Virus record (IMG/VR): IMGVR_UViG_3300032893_000025
Location: 1-64,000 of that record
Source of the DNA: a virus
Length of the DNA: 64,000 nt
Direction: 5' to 3' (one strand)
Part shown: positions 9,972 to 15,994 of the stretch, piece after piece
Numbering within the stretch: the first letter of the stretch is position 1
Layout: the number at the start of each line of letters is the position of its first letter
Notes under the pieces: model-generated
What the model saw: only the letters and a program-made list of their open reading frames with translations
Databases searched by the model: none
What the model was told of the DNA's origin: nothing
Position numbers and translations under genes: made by a program

Positions 9972-10715
9972 ATGAGTGAAATAACATTAAAAAATGATAA
10001 AAAATTATTCTATCATGTGGATACTGCAAGAAGTATTGTTATTTACTCTGATTCTTTTATAGATGAAACTTATGGTAAAGATAATAAAATACAATCTTTA
10101 TTAATAGGTGGGTATTTAAAAATAAGTGTTGGAGACGAATTTAATACTGGTCTTGATTCAGTTAAGATCAGTTATAGGATTAAGTTTATCGAGAAAATTG
10201 GAGATAAATATATTCTAATTACAAATTATTTTAACAAGTGTACTAGTTATATAACTCCAGTAATAGATGGAGATAGAGAAAGACTGTGGATCAATGAATA
10301 CTTAATAAATACTTATTTAGATAAAGAATATAATTATATTTATTTAAGATATAGGTTTGTAGGACATGAGACATATTTAAAATTAGAAGAATATTTAACA
10401 AGACATAGACAATTTACAGAAAGAATAGATCAAAATGAATTTACAACATTTAAGTTTAGAATTCCTGATGAATTTGTAGATGATTGCAAGTATTTTATTA
10501 AAGGAAGATATTCTAAATTTAGTGATCTATTAAAAAGAAGAATAATAAAGTTTCATAAATTAGATCCAAGACATAGAATAGCACAAACTATATTTAAAAA
10601 AAGAGAATTAAAAATGTATTGGGAAAACTTTTTAGAAATGAGTTTACCAGTAGATTGTGAATTAGATAGTAAACCATTAAAAAGTGAAGAAATATGGCAG
10701 GAGCAATGTTTTTAA
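9972..10715 (+). CDS. conserved hypothetical protein
   Basis: 247-aa ORF with GRYSKFS and ELDSKP segments. Confidence 0.65.
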   Translation: MSEITLKNDKKLFYHVDTARSIVIYSDSFIDETYGKDNKIQSLLIGGYLKISVGDEFNTGLDSVKISYRIKFIEKIGDKYILITNYFNKCTSYITPVIDGDRERLWINEYLINTYLDKEYNYIYLRYRFVGHETYLKLEEYLTRHRQFTERIDQNEFTTFKFRIPDEFVDDCKYFIKGRYSKFSDLLKRRIIKFHKLDPRHRIAQTIFKKRELKMYWENFLEMSLPVDCELDSKPLKSEEIWQEQCF

Positions 10716-10780
10716 TAGGATTTATATTAGGAATCTTATTTTGGGAATATATACATAAGAGAGACAAACAATTAATTTAA
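10706..10780 (+). CDS. small single-pass membrane peptide (24 aa, MFLIGFILGILFWEYIHKRDKQLI)
   Basis: Exactly fills the gap between two genes; hydrophobic N-terminus and basic tail; below the ORF-track cutoff. Confidence 0.5.
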   Translation: MFLIGFILGILFWEYIHKRDKQLI

Positions 10781-10781
10781 T

Positions 10782-11447
10782 ATGGAAAAAGCAGAAATAG
10801 AAGCTAAAATAAAAGAATTAGAAGATGAAAAAAGAAAATTATTAGTTGAAAATTCTAAAATTAAATGGAAAGAATGGCATGAAGAAGGGGTTAAATTTTT
10901 AGAATCTATAAAAGGTAAGTGTTTTATTACAAAAAGTAATAATAGTTTTCAAATATTTAAAGTTATAGATTACAAAAAAGGAAATTTTCTCGGTAATTCT
11001 GAATATAAAGGATTTTATGAAGTTACTACAGAAGGATATTTTACTGTAAGATCTGCAAGTCACTCTCATAAATTTGAAATACCCTATACTCCAGAAACTC
11101 CTTTTGGGTGCTTTGCTTTAAAAGTTAATAAGAAATCTAAAAAAATACAATCCACTTCTCAATTAAGTTATAGTCAACAATCTTTAAATGAAGCTTGTTT
11201 GATAGATATAAGTAAAGTTACTAAAATACAATATAGAGGGGATGAGTATGAAGATGATGGTTGGGCTTTTGAAGATATTCCTACCAAAAGTGTAAAATCT
11301 TGGTTAAAAGAGTATTGGAATTGGTATGAAGTATCCCAAGAATTTTATAATGATTGTATTAAATTAGCAAATTATATTGCTATAGAAACAAATAAACTTT
11401 GGGATAAATATCAAAAAGAATTAGAAACAGTAACTATTATAAAATAA
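10782..11447 (+). CDS. hypothetical protein
   Basis: 221-aa ORF with TAATG coupling to the next gene. Confidence 0.65.
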   Translation: MEKAEIEAKIKELEDEKRKLLVENSKIKWKEWHEEGVKFLESIKGKCFITKSNNSFQIFKVIDYKKGNFLGNSEYKGFYEVTTEGYFTVRSASHSHKFEIPYTPETPFGCFALKVNKKSKKIQSTSQLSYSQQSLNEACLIDISKVTKIQYRGDEYEDDGWAFEDIPTKSVKSWLKEYWNWYEVSQEFYNDCIKLANYIAIETNKLWDKYQKELETVTIIK

Positions 11448-12142
11448 TGGAAGAAAAGTTAAAACTACATTTTGGGGAATGGTATGAAATATTAAAAGAT
11501 TACTTACATTCCCCAGAATTTCTTCAAATAGGAGCCAAGGTTAAAAGATTACGTGAAAGTGGAGTAGAAGTCTTACCAGAAGGAGAATTGGTTTTTAGGG
11601 CATTTAGAGAAGCACCATTTAATGATGTTAAATTATGTATTATTGCAATGGATCCTTATCCACAAAGTAAAGTAGGGGATGGACTTGCATTTAGTTGTAG
11701 TAGAAGTCTTTATCCTCAGTCTTCTTTGAAAAATATTTTAATTGAAATTGAACAGGAATACCCGCAAAGTTATTTTGATATAACTCATTGGAGATTAGAT
11801 CAAATAGATTTACAAAGATGGGCAAAACAGGGTATTTTGTTACTTAATGCAGCATTAACTGTAGAAGTTGATAAATCTGGTTCTCATAGAGAAATCTGGG
11901 AACCTTTTACAAAAAAGATTATAGAAACTTTGAATTCTAAGGAATATATTGTATATTTGCTTCTTGGGAAAAATGCCCAATACTTTGAGAAGTATATCTC
12001 TACTAAACATGGAGTAATTTCTGCACCACACCCAGCAGCAGAATCTTACAATAGAGGGAAAGCAGGATTCTTTGGATCGAATTGTTTTAAAGAAGTAAAT
12101 GAATTACTTAAATTTAATAATTTAGAAGAAATAATATGGTAA
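11447..12142 (+). CDS. ung: uracil-DNA glycosylase (family 1)
   Basis: AMDPYP (variant of GQDPY), GLAFS, WAKQGILLLNAALTV, SH...WEPFT and HPAA...GFFGSNCF. Confidence 0.92.
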   Translation: MEEKLKLHFGEWYEILKDYLHSPEFLQIGAKVKRLRESGVEVLPEGELVFRAFREAPFNDVKLCIIAMDPYPQSKVGDGLAFSCSRSLYPQSSLKNILIEIEQEYPQSYFDITHWRLDQIDLQRWAKQGILLLNAALTVEVDKSGSHREIWEPFTKKIIETLNSKEYIVYLLLGKNAQYFEKYISTKHGVISAPHPAAESYNRGKAGFFGSNCFKEVNELLKFNNLEEIIW

Positions 12143-12777
12143 ATAATATAATTTTATTATTGATTTCAATGTCTATAATATTTGGATACTACTTTTATTA
12201 TAGAATAAAATATGGTAGACAAAAGTCTATCAGTGATAGTGTGTATATAGTTAAACCTTGGTGGTTATTTGCTATTACTATGATGGCATTTCCTATACCA
12301 TTTGTAATAGCAGCAGAGAATATAGCTTTAGTGCATGAAACTGGAAGTATATTTGGTGATTTTATTAGAGAATTTACAGCTTTCTGGGCTGGGGGATTAA
12401 TATGTTTAGTAGGAGTAGCAAATTGTTTCTATAAACCCGATAAACAAGAAGAAACATTACATGTAGTTGGAGCAACAGGTGGAATAGCTTTAGGACTTAC
12501 CTTTATTTCATCTATTAGTTTATGGTATTTGATTCCAGTAAGTTTATATGCATTATTTATAGCTTACTGTCGTTACACTAAAAAATATCGTAACTACTCA
12601 ATGAAAAAAGTAACAAGTAAATATTTAATATTATTTTATTTAAAACCTTATTTAGAAAAATTAAAAGTATTTATAGGAAAGTTACCAACAGTTCCTTATT
12701 ACACTGAAACTGTAGAATTAGTTGCTATTATATTACTATTTGGGACAGTTTTATTCGAAAGTTTAAAGTTACCTTAA
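12136..12777 (+). CDS. multi-pass membrane protein
   Basis: Five or six hydrophobic segments; SISDS and LHVVGA motifs. Confidence 0.7.
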   Translation: MVNNIILLLISMSIIFGYYFYYRIKYGRQKSISDSVYIVKPWWLFAITMMAFPIPFVIAAENIALVHETGSIFGDFIREFTAFWAGGLICLVGVANCFYKPDKQEETLHVVGATGGIALGLTFISSISLWYLIPVSLYALFIAYCRYTKKYRNYSMKKVTSKYLILFYLKPYLEKLKVFIGKLPTVPYYTETVELVAIILLFGTVLFESLKLP

Positions 12778-12778
12778 A

Positions 12779-12976
12779 ATGGAACTTTGTCCTAATTGTT
12801 CAATAGAATTAATTCCAAATAAAAAGAAGTTAGGTAGTTGTTCTAAATGGTTAATTTGTAATAAATGTGGGTATAGAACAACTCCTACTTCTAATTATAC
12901 AAAGATAGAAGAAATGATAAAATTCGAAAATTATAAAGCAAGAGTAAATAATAATAATTTAATTGATGATGAGTAA
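12779..12976 (+). CDS. small zinc-ribbon protein
   Basis: CPNC...CNKC. Confidence 0.65.
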   Translation: MELCPNCSIELIPNKKKLGSCSKWLICNKCGYRTTPTSNYTKIEEMIKFENYKARVNNNNLIDDE

Positions 12977-13523
12977 AAATTACTATTTTACATCTGACTT
13001 ACATTTAGGACATACAAATATTCTAAAATATGATAATAGACCCTTTTCTAGTATAAGAGATCACGATAAAACCATTATTAATAATTGGAATAGTATTGTC
13101 AATGATGAAGATGATATATTCTTTCTTGGAGATTTTGCTTTAACCTATCCTAGTTATGCAGAAAATTTGATGTTACAATTACAAGGAAATAAATATTTCA
13201 TTAAAGGTAATCACGATAAAAAAGATATTCTTAAATTATATCAAAAGTATGGAACTTACTTAGGAGAGTTAAAAGAAATAGAAATTAATAATCAAAAGAT
13301 TGTATTATGTCATTATGCAATGTTGGTATGGAATAGATCTCATCACGGAACTTGGCACTTGCACGGACATTCTCATCATAGTTTACCAATTGATAAAAAT
13401 AGTTTAAGATTAGATGTAGGAATTAATGGATGGGATTATATACCAATTTCATTTGGAAAGGTAAAAGAAGAATTAAGTAGAAGAAAATTTAAATCAACAG
13501 ATCATCATGGAGAAAGAATATGA
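12963..13523 (+). CDS. calcineurin-like metallophosphoesterase
   Basis: SDLHLGH, LGDF, GNHD, CHY and HGHSH motifs. Confidence 0.9.
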   Translation: MMMSKNYYFTSDLHLGHTNILKYDNRPFSSIRDHDKTIINNWNSIVNDEDDIFFLGDFALTYPSYAENLMLQLQGNKYFIKGNHDKKDILKLYQKYGTYLGELKEIEINNQKIVLCHYAMLVWNRSHHGTWHLHGHSHHSLPIDKNSLRLDVGINGWDYIPISFGKVKEELSRRKFKSTDHHGERI

Positions 13524-13572
13524 AGAAAAAGTATTAAATTTTAGAAAATAATCTAATAAATTTACATATACT

Positions 13573-14253
13573 ATGAAAATATTAATAGTAGGTGATGTAC
13601 ATGGAAGAAGTAATTGGGAAAATTGGATAGATGATTCTTATGATAAAATAATATTTGTTGGAGATTACGTAGATCATTGGACTATAAGTAATATGAGAAT
13701 TATTGAAAATCTTAATAACATCATATATTTTAAAAAAGATAATCCTAATAAAGTAATATTATTATTAGGCAATCACGATAACCAGTATATGTTTAGCTAC
13801 TCTTCTCATGGATGTAGTGGGTTTAGATCAGAATCTTACTTTGATTTACATGAACTATTCAACAAAGAAAAAGATTTGTTTCAAGCAGCCTACCAGATAG
13901 ATAATTATTTATTTACTCATGCTGGAGTATCCCAAGAATGGTTTGATAGAGAATACCCCTATAAACCTAAATTAAAAAATTTAGCTGAATCTTTTAATAC
14001 AGCATTTAAAATGAAAGAAAGAAGTTTATTTGATGTTGGATATTCAAGAGGAGGATTTCAAGGTGTAGGCGGAATATTTTGGGCTGATAGAAAAGAAACT
14101 CAATCAAATATGCTAATTGATATACATCAGGTTGTAGGGCATACTCATATAGATAAAATAACCACATATTATTTAAATAATGATACTAATTCTAATACAT
14201 CTATAACTTATACAGATTGTGAAAATAGTCCCTATATTTTAGAAATAAATTAA
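13573..14253 (+). CDS. calcineurin-like metallophosphoesterase
   Basis: GDVHG, GDYVD, GNHD, THAG and VGHT motifs. Confidence 0.9.
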   Translation: MKILIVGDVHGRSNWENWIDDSYDKIIFVGDYVDHWTISNMRIIENLNNIIYFKKDNPNKVILLLGNHDNQYMFSYSSHGCSGFRSESYFDLHELFNKEKDLFQAAYQIDNYLFTHAGVSQEWFDREYPYKPKLKNLAESFNTAFKMKERSLFDVGYSRGGFQGVGGIFWADRKETQSNMLIDIHQVVGHTHIDKITTYYLNNDTNSNTSITYTDCENSPYILEIN

Positions 14254-14270
14254 AAACAATTGAAAAATTA

Positions 14271-14302
14271 TTTGGAAGTAATAAAAATATTTTGTAAGTT
14301 TG
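14271..14302 (+). promoter_or_regulatory. Bacteroidota sigma-A-type promoter for tRNA array 1
   Basis: TTTG (14271-14274), 20-nt spacer, TAAGTTTG (14295-14302); matches the TTTG-N19-21-TAnnTTTG consensus. Confidence 0.8.
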
Positions 14303-14306
14303 TAAA

Positions 14307-14378
14307 ATGAATTTGATAATACGACATATAGAACAACCCCAAGAGCCAATAATTATTGGAAGGAAGAACTATATGTAA
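14307..14378 (+). CDS. leader peptide 1 (23 aa, MNLIIRHIEQPQEPIIIGRKNYM) of the tRNA-array attenuator
   Basis: ORF starts right after the promoter; codons 4-15 correspond only to the six downstream tRNAs; its 3' part is the antiterminator strand. Confidence 0.8.
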   Translation: MNLIIRHIEQPQEPIIIGRKNYM

Positions 14379-14430
14379 AAGATATGTTTTGATTTTGTTT
14401 TTAATTAGACAATACACCCCTTCCAGTAGT
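14352..14430 (+). promoter_or_regulatory. antiterminator helix of attenuator 1
   Basis: AUUAUUGGAAGG (14352-14363) pairs over 12 bp, two of them G-U, with CCUUCCAGUAGU (14419-14430), the 5' arm of the terminator. Confidence 0.75.
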
Positions 14431-14455
14431 GAATACTCGAAGGGGTTTTTATTTT
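14416..14455 (+). terminator. intrinsic terminator (attenuator) before tRNA array 1
   Basis: ACCCCTTC-C-AGTA-gtgaa-TACT-C-GAAGGGGT followed by TTTTATTTT, ending 2 nt before the first tRNA. Confidence 0.85.
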
Positions 14456-14457
14456 AA

Positions 14458-14528
14458 CGAGAGTGGGTTGTGGTGGTAGCATCCTGCACTTGGAATGCAG
14501 AGGGGTAGTTCAATTCTAACATTCTCGA
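14458..14528 (+). tRNA. tRNA-Pro(UGG)
   Basis: Acceptor CGAGAGT/ATTCTCG; anticodon arm CTGCA-CT TGG AA-TGCAG. Confidence 0.85.
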
Positions 14529-14535
14529 CAAATAT

Positions 14536-14607
14536 ACTCAGTTCTTCTAATGGTCAGGAAGGTTGTCTTATACACAACTAATTAAAGTTCAAGTCTTTAA
14601 CTGAGTA
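14536..14607 (+). tRNA. tRNA-Ile(UAU)
   Basis: Acceptor ACTCAGT/ACTGAGT, A73; GTTGT-CT TAT AC-ACAAC; T arm TAAAG-TTCAAGT-CTTTA. Confidence 0.85.
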
Positions 14608-14615
14608 CAATATAT

Positions 14616-14687
14616 GGTGTTTGAAGCATTAATGTGATGTGCTTGACTGTGAATCAAGAGAAGATGGGTCAGTACCATCCTTACACC
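14616..14687 (+). tRNA. tRNA-His(GUG)
   Basis: G-1:C73 pair; CTTGA-CT GTG AA-TCAAG. Confidence 0.85.
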
Positions 14688-14692
14688 CAAAT

Positions 14693-14764
14693 GCTACGTT
14701 CGGCAAGTGGTAAGCCACCAGACCTTCAATCTGGTTATCGTGGGTTCGAAACCCACACGTAGTA
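14693..14764 (+). tRNA. tRNA-Glu(UUC)
   Basis: Acceptor GCTACGT/ACGTAGT; CCAGA-CC TTC AA-TCTGG; GTGGG-TTCGAAA-CCCAC. Confidence 0.88.
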
Positions 14765-14770
14765 CTAAAT

Positions 14771-14843
14771 TGGGATTTAGTGTAAATGGAAACCACACAA
14801 GACTTTGACTCTTGTAATGTAGGATCATACCCTACAGTCCCAA
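14771..14843 (+). tRNA. tRNA-Gln(UUG)
   Basis: Acceptor TGGGATT/AGTCCCA; CAAGA-CT TTG AC-TCTTG. Confidence 0.88.
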
Positions 14844-14848
14844 CTAAT

Positions 14849-14923
14849 AGGAATATAGCTTAATTGAATCAAAGCCCTTGTCTACGAAACAAGAGAGTAT
14901 GGGTTTGAGTCCCATTATTCCTA
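14849..14923 (+). tRNA. tRNA-Arg(ACG)
   Basis: Acceptor AGGAATA/TATTCCT; CTTGT-CT ACG AA-ACAAG. Confidence 0.88.
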
Positions 14924-14961
14924 CAAAGTTAAAAAATACTTTAAAAATAAATACTAAAATA

Positions 14962-14993
14962 TTTGGATGTAATAATAAAATTTATTATATTTG
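14962..14993 (+). promoter_or_regulatory. Bacteroidota sigma-A-type promoter for tRNA array 2
   Basis: TTTG (14962-14965), 20-nt spacer, TATATTTG (14986-14993). Confidence 0.8.
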
Positions 14994-15010
14994 TAGAATA
15001 AAATTAAACA

Positions 15011-15091
15011 ATGCAAAGAAGAAATTGGAATATGGTAGCCATTAATGACGGTAAAACAGGAGTTTACTGGAAGGGGAAATTATATTCTTAA
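15011..15091 (+). CDS. leader peptide 2 (26 aa, MQRRNWNMVAINDGKTGVYWKGKLYS) of the tRNA-array attenuator
   Basis: Codons 3-18 cover exactly the 11 amino acids of the downstream tRNAs; codons 20-27 form the antiterminator strand. Confidence 0.8.
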   Translation: MQRRNWNMVAINDGKTGVYWKGKLYS

Positions 15092-15120
15092 TTTAAATAA
15101 GAAATTATAAGTGCCCTTCC
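15069..15120 (+). promoter_or_regulatory. antiterminator hairpin of attenuator 2
   Basis: GGAAGGG (15069-15075)/CCCTTCC (15114-15120), with nested TTATA/TATAA and TTCTTA/TAAGAA helices. Confidence 0.75.
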
Positions 15121-15143
15121 CAAAAAGAAGGGTTTTTTATTTT
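15113..15143 (+). terminator. intrinsic terminator (attenuator) before tRNA array 2
   Basis: GCCCTTC-ccaaaaa-GAAGGGT followed by TTTTTATTTT. Confidence 0.85.
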
Positions 15144-15147
15144 ATAT

Positions 15148-15219
15148 TGGTTAATAACTCAATGGTAGAGTACTTCTCTGATACAGAAGAGGCTGTAGGT
15201 TCAAGTCCTACTTAACCAA
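15148..15219 (+). tRNA. tRNA-Ile(GAU)
   Basis: Acceptor TGGTTAA/TTAACCA; CTTCT-CT GAT AC-AGAAG. Confidence 0.88.
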
Positions 15220-15225
15220 CAATAT

Positions 15226-15294
15226 TGCGGGTAGTTCTGGTGAACCCCTAGTCTCATAAGCTAGTCAAGAAGAGATCGTAACTCTTACCCGCAA
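15226..15294 (+). tRNA. tRNA-Met(CAU); elongator versus initiator uncertain
   Basis: Acceptor TGCGGGT/ACCCGCA; CTAGT-CT CAT AA-GCTAG; short D arm; lacks the three G-C anticodon-stem pairs of initiators. Confidence 0.75.
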
Positions 15295-15301
15295 CTAATA
15301 A

Positions 15302-15374
15302 GGGAGTGAAGCTAAAGTGGGATAGCTGTGGCCTGTTAAGCCAAGGGGTGTAGGATCATTGCCTACCTCTCCCG
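15302..15374 (+). tRNA. tRNA-Asn(GUU)
   Basis: Acceptor GGGAGTG/CTCTCCC, G73; TGGC-CT GTT AA-GCCA. Confidence 0.85.
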
Positions 15375-15384
15375 CAGTACAAAT

Positions 15385-15456
15385 GAATCATTGGTGTAAT
15401 GGATAGCACAGGGGTCTTCTAAGCCCTTAGAAAGAGTTCAAATCTTTTATGATTCG
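15385..15456 (+). tRNA. tRNA-Arg(UCU)
   Basis: Acceptor GAATCAT/ATGATTC; GGGGT-CT TCT AA-GCCCT. Confidence 0.88.
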
Positions 15457-15466
15457 CTAAATACAT

Positions 15467-15536
15467 TGAGGCACTCATAGGAGTGATAAGCAATCTCCAA
15501 AATTGTGACTTATAGGTTCGAGTCCTGTTGCCTCTG
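15467..15536 (+). tRNA. tRNA-Trp(CCA)
   Basis: GAGGCA/TGCCTC acceptor, G73; GCAAT-CT CCA AA-ATTGT; ATAGG-TTCGAGT-CCTGT. Confidence 0.82.
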
Positions 15537-15541
15537 CTAAT

Positions 15542-15616
15542 GGTTTTGTAGGCCTCTTGGTGAGGAGCTTGACTGTCACTCAAGCAGAATAGAGGGATCG
15601 TACCCCTCCAGAACCG
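15542..15616 (+). tRNA. tRNA-Asp(GUC)
   Basis: Acceptor GGTTTTG/CAGAACC, G73; CTTGA-CT GTC AC-TCAAG. Confidence 0.85.
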
Positions 15617-15622
15617 CGATAT

Positions 15623-15694
15623 GGGCCACTAGCATAAAGGATAATGCTCCTTACTTGCAATGAGGAAGATAGAGTTCGAGTCTCTGTGTGTCCA
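15623..15694 (+). tRNA. tRNA-Ala(UGC)
   Basis: G3:U70 alanine identity pair; CCTTA-CT TGC AA-TGAGG; irregular lower acceptor stem. Confidence 0.82.
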
Positions 15695-15764
15695 CTAATT
15701 CTTTATCTTTGATAGGAAATCCGTAAAGGTCTCAAATACTGAACCAGTTAATCAGTATTTAAAT

Positions 15765-15836
15765 GCAGATATAGCACAATGGCTAGTGCGTCTGGCTTCC
15801 ACCCAGAGGATGTGGTTTCAATTACCACTATCTGCT
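15765..15836 (+). tRNA. tRNA-Gly(UCC)
   Basis: Acceptor GCAGATA/TATCTGC, U73; TCTGG-CT TCC AC-CCAGA. Confidence 0.9.
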
Positions 15837-15841
15837 CTAAT

Positions 15842-15913
15842 GCACCTTTAGTATAATGGTTATTATTTTTCCTTTGTAACGAGAAGATGAGGATTCAATT
15901 TCTTCAAGGTGCT
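15842..15913 (+). tRNA. tRNA-Thr(UGU)
   Basis: Acceptor GCACCTT/AAGGTGC; TTTCC-TT TGT AA-CGAGA with a C31:C39 mismatch. Confidence 0.78.
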
Positions 15914-15917
15914 CTAT

Positions 15918-15988
15918 GACTCTTTAGCAAAGCGGATATGCTCCACTCTTTTAAAGTGGCGGGAATGGTTCAACTCCATTAAGAGTCA
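15918..15988 (+). tRNA. tRNA-Lys(UUU)
   Basis: Acceptor GACTCTT/AAGAGTC; CCACT-CT TTT AA-AGTGG. Confidence 0.88.
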
Positions 15989-15994
15989 CAAAAT

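Noticed and set aside
11447-12142. Inactive uracil-DNA glycosylase because GQDPY is changed to AMDPY
   Set aside because: The catalytic Asp, the uracil-pocket Tyr/Phe/Asn and the HP motif are retained, so it is probably an ordinary variant.
14307-15143. T-box riboswitches as the control element
   Set aside because: No T-box consensus (AGGGTGGNACCGCG) or long stem I; the leaders are short open frames with multi-codon matches, which fits ribosome-mediated attenuation.
15842-15913. Reading this tRNA as Gln(UUG) or Tyr(GUA) with a 9-nt loop
   Set aside because: Standard spacing puts TGT at positions 34-36, there is no long variable arm, and the ACA codon in leader 2 agrees with Thr.
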